From Nitrospirota bacterium (GTDB taxonomy: Bacteria; Nitrospirota; Nitrospiria; 2-01-FULL-66-17), in NCBI GenBank assembly GCA_016201825.1, contig JACQCD010000085.1:1-62895 (forward strand): DNA of 62,895 bases, given 5' to 3'. The notes under the pieces are model-generated. The model was not told the DNA's origin and did no database searches. It worked only from the letters and a program-made list of their open reading frames with translations. Positions 42,253 through 52,236 of the stretch are shown piece by piece (the stretch's first letter is position 1; the number at the start of each line of letters is the position of its first letter). Position numbers and translations under genes: made by a program.

Positions 42253-42723
42253 ATGAGAATCCGCTTGGCCGATGTGGATGATATCGAACTCCTATGGCAG
42301 TGGAGAAACGATCCAGTGGTCAGACAACATTCTTTCAATTCGGATCCAATTCCCTGGGCTACTCATCAACGCTGGTGTTCCCAAAAGATGAGTTCTTCTA
42401 GTACCAAGATTTACACGCTGGAGGATAGTGGCAAACCGGTTGGACAGATTCGTTATGAACGAATGAATGATGCGACTGCCGAAATAGGTGGTATTTCGAT
42501 TGCCACAGAAGAACGGGGGAAAGGTTATGGGAAGACCATTCTTACCCAAACAATTCCTATCGTGACGGCAGATCTTAAGGTCAAGAACCTGACTGCCCTG
42601 GTAAAGGAAGAGAATATCGCTTCAGCGCGGATGTTCCTGTCATCTGGTTTTTACTTGAATGGCCAGGTTACAAAACATGGATATGTTTGTAGTCATTTTA
42701 TCGTTTCCTGTTCGGATCGTTAA
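42253..42723 (+). CDS. GNAT N-acetyltransferase (PseH-like)
   Basis: WRNDP.VR..S, H..W, GQIRY, RGKGYGK, N.AS..F. Confidence 0.85.
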   Translation: MRIRLADVDDIELLWQWRNDPVVRQHSFNSDPIPWATHQRWCSQKMSSSSTKIYTLEDSGKPVGQIRYERMNDATAEIGGISIATEERGKGYGKTILTQTIPIVTADLKVKNLTALVKEENIASARMFLSSGFYLNGQVTKHGYVCSHFIVSCSDR

Positions 42724-44658
42724 GTGCCGCAATATAACCTTGCCGCGACAAAGTCCATATTAGTACCCGAAATCCACCCGACCAATCTGTTGCTGTTCTG
42801 GATTCTTTCGTTCTTTGCGAATGTGAGGGCATACACGATTCATGAGTTCTGTGTCCGGCTTGGTTGTTCCAGGATCCAGCCCATCGATCTCGGGCAGCAT
42901 TTCTCCCCGGACGACCTCTATCTCATGAGGTCGAAGGTTGTGGACGCATGGGAACCCCTGGAAAGGCATTTCCCGGCTTCACGTTGGAGCGGCGGATACC
43001 GACGGCACGTTCTCGATTTTTCAGGGAAGGCGAAGCAAGACTTGGCCAAACGCTTTGAGATCGCGTTCTTGCTCCACCTCATTGCGGAGCGATCAAGGAC
43101 CCCAACCTATGTTGTGGAGTCGAGGCACTCGATATATCTGAGCCGTCTTGATGGGTTTCCTGCGCACCTCCGGATGCGGACCCTGAAGAGCCTGTCGTTC
43201 GCGAACACGATGTGTGACGCCGTGTATAGCCACTGTCTCAATCTGATCGGCTGGTTGAATCTAGCGGTCAATCTTCTTCGCGGTTGTATGGTACGACGAG
43301 GTATCAGTGCTGGAGGGCGAGTCGCCGTCATGTGGGACGGGGTGAACCCGAACGAGCTCGATCTGTCCAGCGATAAACGGTCTTTTACCTGGGTTGTTGA
43401 CGATGAGAAGCTTTCGAGAGCGAAGACGCTCTTTATTCTCCCACGAAAGGTCGATGCCGACTGGCAGGACAAGCTGAACCGCTTGAGAGGGGAGTGCGGG
43501 CGATCAGGGTTTCGTGCGGGAACACTCCTTGACCTGTACCGGATTGTGCCGGTCTCACTGCTACTCTTCCACTTCGCAAGATCTTTGGAATTAGTTTTAA
43601 GGTTGGGGTTCTATTCGATCGCGAAGCGAGAGGCTCTGGATCAGACGGCATATCTCATACGCATGATGGCCTATGATCCCATCGTCAACCATTTTCGTCC
43701 AACATGTTACGTGACAAGCGGGTCCGCCCTTGGGAATGAACATCCGGTGGTTGTCTATCTAAAGGCCCTCGGTGTTCGGACCGTGATTTACTGTTACGGC
43801 AGCAACGCCCATCTTTTTGCCGAGCATTCTCCGCAATGTGATTTCAGGTGGGTGGTTTTCTCGGGGATCCTTTCTGATTTTCTTCTTGTGTGGAGCAGGG
43901 CTTTTCAGGTCTTTGTTGAATCACATTCCCAGACGCAGGTAAGAGTTGAGGTCGTGGGACCGTTAATGCCAGGCGATGAGCGGGTTTGCCTGACGAATCC
44001 CGCAGTGATGAAACGGCAAGTGGGGAAGAGTCGGCAACGGGACGCGGAGGGGTTGAAATGGGTCGTTGCGTTCGATGAAGCCCCTATCCCTCAAAGTTTG
44101 CGGAGGCTTTACCCATACCAGTACACCCAGGAATACAGTCGGCTGTTTCTTCGGGATGTGGTCGCGCTAATCGATGAGTTTTCTGACATCCTGCTCCTCT
44201 ATAAGCCCCAGAGAAGCCTCTCAAGGGCCAAGTTCACGTATTCGGCGGAGTTCATAGGTTTTGTAGGGCAGTTGGTACGACACGAGCGAGCGGTGGTCTT
44301 GGACGATGATGTCAACCCATGGGTTCCGGTTGCGGTGGCTGACATGGCAATTGCGATGCCTTTTACGTCCCCGGCCATCGCATGCCTGCATTATGGTAAA
44401 CGTGCTTTGTTCCATGATCCATCTGGTATTGCTATCCACCACAGATATGAGGGAATGTCCCAGTATATTACACATGGCTATGCCGAACTTCGGAAGAAGA
44501 TCGATCATTGCCTCCATTCGGAGTATTCCACGGATAGCGATAAGCAGCGACTGTGGGGCGAGGTCGGTGATTTTATCGGTCGGGTTCCCGGAAGCAACTC
44601 GAGCGAGCCATTCCGTGACTTTCTTGTGAGCCTAGAGGCGGGGGGGACAGACCAATGA
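42724..44658 (+). CDS. Uncharacterised polysaccharide-biosynthesis protein (possible GT-B fold)
   Basis: 644-aa ORF abutting both neighbours; C-terminal YKPQR, PFTSPA..A...GK motifs like surface-carbohydrate proteins. Confidence 0.65.
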   Translation: MPQYNLAATKSILVPEIHPTNLLLFWILSFFANVRAYTIHEFCVRLGCSRIQPIDLGQHFSPDDLYLMRSKVVDAWEPLERHFPASRWSGGYRRHVLDFSGKAKQDLAKRFEIAFLLHLIAERSRTPTYVVESRHSIYLSRLDGFPAHLRMRTLKSLSFANTMCDAVYSHCLNLIGWLNLAVNLLRGCMVRRGISAGGRVAVMWDGVNPNELDLSSDKRSFTWVVDDEKLSRAKTLFILPRKVDADWQDKLNRLRGECGRSGFRAGTLLDLYRIVPVSLLLFHFARSLELVLRLGFYSIAKREALDQTAYLIRMMAYDPIVNHFRPTCYVTSGSALGNEHPVVVYLKALGVRTVIYCYGSNAHLFAEHSPQCDFRWVVFSGILSDFLLVWSRAFQVFVESHSQTQVRVEVVGPLMPGDERVCLTNPAVMKRQVGKSRQRDAEGLKWVVAFDEAPIPQSLRRLYPYQYTQEYSRLFLRDVVALIDEFSDILLLYKPQRSLSRAKFTYSAEFIGFVGQLVRHERAVVLDDDVNPWVPVAVADMAIAMPFTSPAIACLHYGKRALFHDPSGIAIHHRYEGMSQYITHGYAELRKKIDHCLHSEYSTDSDKQRLWGEVGDFIGRVPGSNSSEPFRDFLVSLEAGGTDQ

Positions 44659-45401
44659 CACAGCTCAACATCGATCAGGTGTTCGCGACGACGGCATCTC
44701 GTGCATGTGATTTCCAGTTCACAGCCGAGATTGCCAAAGTGTTCGACGATATGCTGGTGCGAAGTGTTCCTTTTTACAGCGAACAGCAATTCATGATCAA
44801 GGAGCTCGCCAAGAAATTTCATATTAAGGACACCAGAATTTACGACCTGGGTTGTTCGACCGGGACTACTTTGATCTCCTTGGCCCAGGAAATCGGCGGC
44901 GATGCAGGTGAGCTGATCGGTTACGACAATTCGTTTCCGATGATCGACAAAGCCAAGACCAACATTAATCAATGCGGATTGGACGGTCTGATCAAAATCG
45001 ACTATGCGGATCTGAACGGTGCCGTCGTGATCGAGAATGCCAGCGTGGTCACCATGTGTTGGACGCTCCAGTTCGTGAGGCCCCTTCAGCGGACTGCTTT
45101 GACCAAGCAGGTGTACAACGGGTTGGTCGAGAACGGCGTCCTGATTCTCATGGAGAAGGTCTTGACCAATAACACCGATATGAATCGGTTATTCATCGAG
45201 ACCTATTACGAGTTTAAGAAACGGAATGGCTATTCCAATGAGGAAATCGCCAAAAAGAGAGAAGCCCTGGAGAACGTGTTGGTGCCCTATCGTATTGAGG
45301 AGAACATCGAACTCTTGAAGCGAAGCGGGTTCGAGATGGTCGAGACGTTTTTCCAATGGTATAACTTTGTCGGTTTTTTGTGCGTGAAGAAGGGACGATA
45401 A
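44655..45401 (+). CDS. cmoA: Carboxy-S-adenosyl-L-methionine synthase-like (CmoA)
   Basis: VFDDMLVRSVPFY, YDLGCSTG, TLQF, EKV, KREALENVL, FQWYNF. Confidence 0.85.
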   Translation: MTQLNIDQVFATTASRACDFQFTAEIAKVFDDMLVRSVPFYSEQQFMIKELAKKFHIKDTRIYDLGCSTGTTLISLAQEIGGDAGELIGYDNSFPMIDKAKTNINQCGLDGLIKIDYADLNGAVVIENASVVTMCWTLQFVRPLQRTALTKQVYNGLVENGVLILMEKVLTNNTDMNRLFIETYYEFKKRNGYSNEEIAKKREALENVLVPYRIEENIELLKRSGFEMVETFFQWYNFVGFLCVKKGR

Positions 45402-45418
45402 GAAGAAAGGGCAGCGAG

Positions 45419-46456
45419 GTGGACGAGCAACAATTGATATCGCGGATCACGGCTGAGCTCCGAGCGTATCGAGAATTTGGCATTAACTCCCTGCAGCTCG
45501 ACCACCTGATTCCGAAGTGGAAAACGCTGACGGAGCAGGAGTCGAAGCGTTTTATCAAGGACGACGAACTGGATGTCGATGTGCTGCGTAATTTCAGGCG
45601 GTCACAGGTGTTTATCTCCGACGCTCCGAGTTGGGATCTCAATCGCGTGAGCGCCCTGAACCTTCTTCACGGCGGGCGCCGTGGCATACGGAAGATGCTG
45701 ATCGAATGCCTGGAGGTGCTGAAGAAGTGCCAGTATGACGAGCTTCTGAAAAAATATCCCTGCCATACCGCGGGCAATCCCTATGTGTTCAACTATCAAG
45801 GATACCGGTACACCCTGCGCTGGTTCAAACACATCTGTTTTTTGGGGCTCATGAACCGGGTGTTGGGGCCGAAGCTGAAAAGCGGCTTTGTCGCGCTCGA
45901 CATCGGAAGCAGTTATGGGATCTTCTCGAGCCTTGTGAAAAGAGAGTACCCGGAGTCCCACTGCGTGTTGGTGGACTTTCCCGAGCAGTTGATTTTGGCG
46001 TATTACTTTTTGGGGACGTGCTTTCCAGGTTGCCGTATCGCCGGAATCCGCGAGGTCATCGAAGCCAAAGAAGGGGTCTCTCGATCGTTTTTGGAGCAGT
46101 ATGATTTTACCCTCATCCCGTGCCAATACTATGAGCGACTTCTCGGTGGTTCGCTCGACCTGGTGACCAACTTCGCCTCCCTCGGTGAGATGAAAAGAGA
46201 ATGGTTTAACTACTATCTCAAGGCTCAGGCATTTTTGACCGCCAAGTATCTGTTTGCCGTTAACCGGGTCGAGTCCTACCCAACCTATGACACCGACTTG
46301 ACCATCCTGGATTACCCGGTCTGGGATCAGGCGAAGCGGCTCCATTTCGGAGTGTCGCCAGCGTTTTGGGGGTATAACCTCTGTTCAACGAGGAACTTGT
46401 TCTTTTACCGCACCTATCCGACTCAGCCGTACTTCGAGTACATCGGTCGAATTTAA
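45419..46456 (+). CDS. Putative sugar O-methyltransferase (class I SAM fold)
   Basis: LDIGSSYG, DFPEQLILAYYFL, NFASLGEM. Confidence 0.75.
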   Translation: MDEQQLISRITAELRAYREFGINSLQLDHLIPKWKTLTEQESKRFIKDDELDVDVLRNFRRSQVFISDAPSWDLNRVSALNLLHGGRRGIRKMLIECLEVLKKCQYDELLKKYPCHTAGNPYVFNYQGYRYTLRWFKHICFLGLMNRVLGPKLKSGFVALDIGSSYGIFSSLVKREYPESHCVLVDFPEQLILAYYFLGTCFPGCRIAGIREVIEAKEGVSRSFLEQYDFTLIPCQYYERLLGGSLDLVTNFASLGEMKREWFNYYLKAQAFLTAKYLFAVNRVESYPTYDTDLTILDYPVWDQAKRLHFGVSPAFWGYNLCSTRNLFFYRTYPTQPYFEYIGRI

Positions 46457-46470
46457 AATGACTGCGTGGT

Positions 46471-48303
46471 TTGACCCTATCGCACTGGTTGTGCCCGAGT
46501 AGGCCGGTGACAGAGTCCAAGTACACCATCATCTGGTACTTCTTGAGGGCCTATAAACCCCTTTACGGCGGGGTGCTGGTCGTCACGGTTCTTGGCGCGC
46601 TTTTGGAGAGCGTGAACCTCGCGGCGTTTTTCCCGGTGTTTCAATCGCTCCTGAATCCGTCGTCGAGCGGAGACGGTGGAAAAATCCTCGGTATTGCGAG
46701 AGGAGTTGGCCGGTTGCTGCCGTTTCAGGACCCCGTCATCGTCGCATCGATAGTATTGGTTGCCGTGATGCTCATGAAATCCGCGGTGGCTCTTCTGCGG
46801 GAAGGCTTGGTGGCGAAGGCGAGTGGACGGGTTCTCTATGACGTCAAGAACCGTCTCTTGGGAACGTATGCCGCGTCGTCCTATCAATTTTTCTTGGACA
46901 ACAAGCAGGGAGCCTTGGTCTACAATTTCATCGCTGCGCCACACAAGGTCTCCCTCCTTCTCTTGAAGGTTCCGCAATTACTGGCGGATCTGTTTAAGGT
47001 GGTTGCCATTGCTGCGGTCCTGCTCGTCGTGCTTCCGGTTGCCGCCTTGGTTCTGGCGATCGCAGCGGGGGTCTATTACTTGGGCACCCATTATGTGTCG
47101 ACACGGGTGTCGTATCACACCGGAAAGGCCAGGGCGACTGCGAGCGCGGAGCAGGCCACCATCGCCAATGAATTTCTGAATGGGATCAGGCAGATCATGG
47201 CGGTGGGGACGCGGCGATTCTGGCTCGCTCGGTTCGAGCAAGAGAACCGGACCTTTTGCCAGCTCTACGTCAAAGACCTCGTGTGGTTAGCGATGCCGAA
47301 GTACTTGATGGAGACGACGGCGGTGTTGCTCCTGCTCGGGTTGATGTTGGTCGCCAAAGGATCCGGGTCTGGCGACCTCGCTGCCCACCTGCCGGTCATG
47401 GGGGTATTCGCCATGGCGGTCTTCCAACTCTTGCCCTCGCTCACATCATTCGGTCGGCAGAGAATGGAGATGATGGGGGCGCTGGCCGATTCGGAGCGTG
47501 TCTATCTCGCGTTGACCGAAACCACGCCTCGCCCGAAGGAAGGTGTACGGGTTCTCGATACGTTTCGGAACGCCATCGTCTTCGAACATGTGTCGTTCGC
47601 CCATCAGGGAAGAGAACCGCTTTTGAAACAGGTGAACCTTCGGTTCGAAAAAGGCCAGGCGATCGCAATCTGCGGGCCATCCGGAGCGGGGAAGACGACC
47701 CTGGTCAACCTGCTCCTCGGTTTGTTTGAGCCGAGCGAAGGCCGGATCACGGTTGATGGCGTGCCCCTGGCCGACTATACGACCGAGTCATGGCTGAGTA
47801 AGATCGGACTCGTCAGTCAAGAGCCGTTCATTTTTCACTCGACGATCGCCGACAACATTCTGTTCGGACGACACGGCGACTACACGAGAGATGACTTGAT
47901 GCAGGCCGCGATGACCGCGAACGCCCACGCGTTCATCGAGGAACTTCCCGACGGCTACGACACCATCGTCGGGGAACGCGGTATGAAGTTGTCGGGAGGG
48001 CAGCAGCAGCGCATTGCCATCGCCAGAGCCTTACTCGGTCGTCCGGAGATCCTGATCTTTGACGAGGCCACGAGCTCTCTCGACACGATTTCGGAACGCC
48101 TTGTTCAGGACGCCATCGAAGCGATCTCGAAAGACCATACGACCATCGTCATCGCCCATCGGTTATCCACCATCGCCAGCGCACAGAAAATCGTCGTGCT
48201 GGAGACCGGCCGGGTGGTTGAGGAAGGTTGCCATGGCGAGTTGTTGGAGATCGGCGGACAGTACTCCCGCATGATCGCCGCCGGTCTGGGCTCGACGCAT
48301 TGA
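46471..48303 (+). CDS. MsbA/PglK/Wzk-like ABC exporter (glycan flippase candidate)
   Basis: TMD plus GPSGAGKTT, LSGGQQQRIAIARA, DEATSSLD. Confidence 0.9.
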   Translation: MTLSHWLCPSRPVTESKYTIIWYFLRAYKPLYGGVLVVTVLGALLESVNLAAFFPVFQSLLNPSSSGDGGKILGIARGVGRLLPFQDPVIVASIVLVAVMLMKSAVALLREGLVAKASGRVLYDVKNRLLGTYAASSYQFFLDNKQGALVYNFIAAPHKVSLLLLKVPQLLADLFKVVAIAAVLLVVLPVAALVLAIAAGVYYLGTHYVSTRVSYHTGKARATASAEQATIANEFLNGIRQIMAVGTRRFWLARFEQENRTFCQLYVKDLVWLAMPKYLMETTAVLLLLGLMLVAKGSGSGDLAAHLPVMGVFAMAVFQLLPSLTSFGRQRMEMMGALADSERVYLALTETTPRPKEGVRVLDTFRNAIVFEHVSFAHQGREPLLKQVNLRFEKGQAIAICGPSGAGKTTLVNLLLGLFEPSEGRITVDGVPLADYTTESWLSKIGLVSQEPFIFHSTIADNILFGRHGDYTRDDLMQAAMTANAHAFIEELPDGYDTIVGERGMKLSGGQQQRIAIARALLGRPEILIFDEATSSLDTISERLVQDAIEAISKDHTTIVIAHRLSTIASAQKIVVLETGRVVEEGCHGELLEIGGQYSRMIAAGLGSTH

Positions 48304-49997
48304 TGCCGATCGACCTGCAAGCTGGCGTGGTCGTGCCTCCAATCGGTTCCCTCCATGCATCCGGGCAGCGGCACGCCCCTGCCTCGGAGGAGTCGGTCCA
48401 TCCGTCGTTTTCCCGCCTGGCAGAGGCCCTCGGTACCGCCCGACGGCTCTCTCCCGGCCTCCCGGTCCTCGGGATACAGTGGCTCCATCTGATGCATCCC
48501 TTGCATCCCGTCCAAGAAGAGCTTCTTCGGATCGCTGACAGGACGACCAAGGATCCTGGGACACTGGCGCGAGGTGGAGGATGGTTAAAACGAATCAGCG
48601 AATTGGCAGGGTTGGTCTGGCGGCAGGGCCGCTGTGTGGCGTATGCCCTCTACTTGACGAGTGTGTTGGGCAGGCTCCGTTGGCGCATGCGCAAAGCGGT
48701 TGCACAGCTCAGGAGTCAGCACTTCGACGTGGTGGCGAAGACGTGGTGTTTCGGTGTCGTCTCGGAAGAACGGGATTTTTATTACGGGGACCTGCAGCGC
48801 CGAATGGCCGAGCGTGGTCGACGGATGCTGTTGCTCGCCGGTGACGGTGCCGGGTCCGACTGGCGCGTTTTTTCGCGCACCCATGTGTCTGTCGACGAGC
48901 CGTGCAAACTACCTGAATGGGCCCTGGTTCCGCTCACGGCGCCGCTCTGCATGGCGTTGAAGCAGCTTGCGGGATCGATCAGGCTGCGCGGCATCGGAGG
49001 CCGCTCATCGAGTGTTCTTCTTCGGCAGATTGGGGCGCGCGCGAGTCGTGACTGTCTCCTCCCGAGCACGACACGCAACGGACTCTTCTTCTGGATCGGG
49101 CAAACCGCCGTTCGGCGGTGGCGCCCGCGCGTGTTCGTCACGCTCTACGAGGGGCATGGCTGGGAAAAGTGCGCGTGGTGGGGCGCGAAATCGGCCGACC
49201 CGACGTGCGTCACGACCGGCTACCAGCACACCGTGCTCTTTCCTGAATCAAGGTCATTAACGCGGCCGGTGATCGAAGGGGCGCAACGATCGGTGCCCGA
49301 TCTGGTTTTGTCGTCGGGGACGATTCCTTCGGACATGATGCGGCCCGGGCACGCGGGACAGGGGACACGGTTCATTCGATTCGGGAGTTTCCGGCACAAG
49401 GGTTACGCGGTCGACCGCCCGAGCGACGCGGGTCTGAAGACCGTCTTGGTGACGCCCGAAGGCATCGCGTCGGAGACTAAGGCCCTGTTTGCCTTTGCGT
49501 ATCAGTGCGCCCTGAGAATTCCCGCGTACACGTTTATTCTCAGGGCTCATCCTGCGATCCCCATGACGGCGGCTCTGAAGCTATCGGCCATCGACCTCGC
49601 CGGCGCGCCGAATCTTGTGGTGTCCGAACAGGCCAGTATCGAGGACGATTTCAAGCGGTCTTCCGTCCTGATGTACCGAGGTTCCTCGTCTGTCCTTTAC
49701 GCGATTTTGAATGGTCTCTTTCCGCTCAACATCCATCTTGCCCCGCTATTCGACACGGATCCGTTGTATCAACTGGAGTGCTGGCGGAAAAGCTGTTCCA
49801 CGCCCGAAGGGTTTGCCGATGCGCTCACGCAGCACGAAACGAGGACGAGGGAAGACCTCTCGACGGAGTGGAGGGCGGCCCTGCGCTATGTGAGCGAGTA
49901 CACCGTGCCGGTCACGGTCGACGGCATCGACCAGTTCATCCGAGCGACCGGTCTCCAAGGCGCAGGGGCATCTCGATTGTCGCCGGGGGACCCATGA
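48303..49997 (+). CDS. Uncharacterised polysaccharide-biosynthesis protein (possible glycosyltransferase)
   Basis: ATG overlaps the upstream TGA; TLYEGHGWE, GYQH, LRAHP, YRGSSS motifs. Confidence 0.6.
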   Translation: MPIDLQAGVVVPPIGSLHASGQRHAPASEESVHPSFSRLAEALGTARRLSPGLPVLGIQWLHLMHPLHPVQEELLRIADRTTKDPGTLARGGGWLKRISELAGLVWRQGRCVAYALYLTSVLGRLRWRMRKAVAQLRSQHFDVVAKTWCFGVVSEERDFYYGDLQRRMAERGRRMLLLAGDGAGSDWRVFSRTHVSVDEPCKLPEWALVPLTAPLCMALKQLAGSIRLRGIGGRSSSVLLRQIGARASRDCLLPSTTRNGLFFWIGQTAVRRWRPRVFVTLYEGHGWEKCAWWGAKSADPTCVTTGYQHTVLFPESRSLTRPVIEGAQRSVPDLVLSSGTIPSDMMRPGHAGQGTRFIRFGSFRHKGYAVDRPSDAGLKTVLVTPEGIASETKALFAFAYQCALRIPAYTFILRAHPAIPMTAALKLSAIDLAGAPNLVVSEQASIEDDFKRSSVLMYRGSSSVLYAILNGLFPLNIHLAPLFDTDPLYQLECWRKSCSTPEGFADALTQHETRTREDLSTEWRAALRYVSEYTVPVTVDGIDQFIRATGLQGAGASRLSPGDP

Positions 49998-50938
49998 ACG
50001 CTAAACGTAAGGTCCTCGTTACGGGAGCCTGTGGTCTTCTTGGCTCGCACCTCATGGTGTCTCTGTCTCGGCACCACGAGGTTATCGGCGTTGATCGCCA
50101 TCCCTGGTGGGGCGATCACCCCGCCACGGTGCTCCAGGGCGATCTGGCCACGCCCGGGTTTCTGACCACCATCATGGCGACCGCTTCCCCCGACATCATC
50201 GTGCATTGCGCGGCGATGGCGAATGTCGATGCCTGTGAGCGACATCCCGAATTGGCTTACGCCTGTAACGCCACGATCACTCGCGATCTTGCGCGCGCGG
50301 CTCCGTCTCACGCGCTGATCGTCTACGTTACGACCGACGGCCTGTTCCAAGGCGATCGGTCGTTTGCGACCGAGGAACAGTTGCCCTGTCCTCGGACGGT
50401 GTACGCCCGGTCCAAGCTGCACGGGGAATGGGATGTGGCGCTGGCGACACCAAACCACCTGATCGTGAGAACCAACTTCTACGGGTGGTCATCGGGGCGC
50501 AAACAAACAGCCGCGGAATGGCTCTATCACGCACTGGACGCGGGCGAACTGGTGACGCTCTTCGATGACTTCTTCTTCACGCCCATCTATGTCGTCGATG
50601 TGGTCCAGCGGGTGGAACGCCTGATGATGGACGGTCATCGCGGCATCTTCCACGTGGTCGGAAAGGATCGGGTGTCGAAGCATCAGTTCGGGGCCATGCT
50701 GGCTGAAGCGTCCGGCCTGTCGATGAGCCATGTTGTTCGGGGCTCCATCAACGCTGCGCCGATGGCGGCTGACCGCCCGAAAGACATGTCCTTGAGCAGT
50801 GCCCGCTTCGAGGCGGCCACCGGCCTCCGTGCTCCAGAATGCATGTCCGGCCTCCAACGATTTGTCGCGGACCGCGATCGGCCTCTGAGCGCTCGATTTG
50901 ATGCGATTGGAGAGCGAGATCGGGCGGTGGTGAGCTGA
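49994..50938 (+). CDS. RmlD-like extended SDR sugar-nucleotide reductase
   Basis: TGACGLLG, HCAAMANVDACE, YARSK, LFDDFFFTP, RPKDMSL. Confidence 0.88.
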   Translation: MNAKRKVLVTGACGLLGSHLMVSLSRHHEVIGVDRHPWWGDHPATVLQGDLATPGFLTTIMATASPDIIVHCAAMANVDACERHPELAYACNATITRDLARAAPSHALIVYVTTDGLFQGDRSFATEEQLPCPRTVYARSKLHGEWDVALATPNHLIVRTNFYGWSSGRKQTAAEWLYHALDAGELVTLFDDFFFTPIYVVDVVQRVERLMMDGHRGIFHVVGKDRVSKHQFGAMLAEASGLSMSHVVRGSINAAPMAADRPKDMSLSSARFEAATGLRAPECMSGLQRFVADRDRPLSARFDAIGERDRAVVS

Positions 50939-51023
50939 TGGTTCAGCGTCGGGCCATGGCGTCGTCTGAGTGTCTACTCATCGAGTTCGGTCCTGCGGGT
51001 CGTCGTCGCGAAGAAGGCGGGTC

Positions 51024-51800
51024 ATGAGGATTGCGCTCGTCCAGATGTCCATCGAGGATGGAGACGCGCCTCGAAACCTTCGTCATGCCGAAGAACTGAC
51101 GTCCGGCGCGCCGCCGGCGGACCTGTACATGCTTCCCGAGTTGTGGACCACCGGGTATGCGCATGAGGCGTGGGATCGCGTGGCGGAAGACGAGACCCTC
51201 CGGGTATGCGCCTCTCTTCAGCAACGCAGTCGTGACCTGGGCGCGTGGATCGCTGGCAGCATGATCACGCGGACGCCTGACGGCAGCTTGGTGAACCGAC
51301 TGTGGCTGTTCGGTCCTGAGGGCTCGGAGCCGATCTCTTACGACAAGGGGCACCTCTTCGGTCCGATGGGAGAGAAGAAGTATCTGGTTCCGGGGGCACG
51401 CAGAATCAGCCGGCCGCTTGGGGAGTGGACTGCCGCCCTCAGTATCTGCTTTGATCTCCGGTTTCCAGAGATGTATCGCCGGGACGCGGTTGATGGCGCT
51501 GACCTCTTTCTCGTGGTCGCCGAGTGGCCCCATCCGCGGTGCGAGGTGCTTCAGACCTTGGTTCGAGCCCGGGCGGTTGAGAACCAAGCCTATCTTGCGC
51601 TCTGTAATCGAATCGGCTTGGCACGTGACGGGACCAGGTTTTGTGGAGGATCGGTCATCGTGGGCCCGGACGGCCGCATCGTGGTTGACGCCGGACAAGA
51701 GGAGGGAGTCTACGTCGGGGAGGTCGAGCATGCCCTCGTAACGCGGGTGCGCGCGGAGCTTCCCGTCCTCGATCAGAGAATGGCCGGGTTGGACTGGTGA
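51024..51800 (+). CDS. Nitrilase-superfamily carbon-nitrogen hydrolase (omega-amidase-like)
   Basis: Catalytic triad E (LPELW), K (YDKGHL), C (ICFDLRFPE); RAVENQ. Confidence 0.9.
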   Translation: MRIALVQMSIEDGDAPRNLRHAEELTSGAPPADLYMLPELWTTGYAHEAWDRVAEDETLRVCASLQQRSRDLGAWIAGSMITRTPDGSLVNRLWLFGPEGSEPISYDKGHLFGPMGEKKYLVPGARRISRPLGEWTAALSICFDLRFPEMYRRDAVDGADLFLVVAEWPHPRCEVLQTLVRARAVENQAYLALCNRIGLARDGTRFCGGSVIVGPDGRIVVDAGQEEGVYVGEVEHALVTRVRAELPVLDQRMAGLDW

Positions 51801-51816
51801 GAGGCGAGGCGAACGT

Positions 51817-52236
51817 ATGAACTGCGTGATCTTCGGCTACGGATACATGGGAAGGATTCGGCACCGGGTCCTGCGTGAATGCCCCGAGATTAAAGAGATC
51901 ATCATCGTGGATCCCGAAGCCGATTCGCCCAAGGCCGGTCTCGACGGGGTGTGGCTGCCGCGAGGCGCGGACGTTCCGTGGGATCGTATCGATGCGGCCT
52001 TCGTGTGCACGCTCCTGATCTTTGACCCGAACGGCCTTCACCGCGTCGATCTAAAGCCGGGGACGTTCCGGTCTCACTTGCATCTGAACATCGTCCCCGG
52101 AAACGACATCTTGAAAATTAAACCTGACGTGCAATCAGGGTTTCCTTTGTGTACAGCGGCAGGCTTGGCCACCTCGACGCCTATTCAGAAACGAAGTTTG
52201 GTGCATATACCGCCAGCTGAGGGGAGAGGCTCGTGA
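51817..52236 (+). pseudogene. Truncated Gfo/Idh/MocA oxidoreductase (65 codons) fused to an unrelated tail
   Basis: GYGYMG Rossmann start to DAAFVCT (ends 52011), then non-homologous, lower-GC sequence. Confidence 0.7.
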
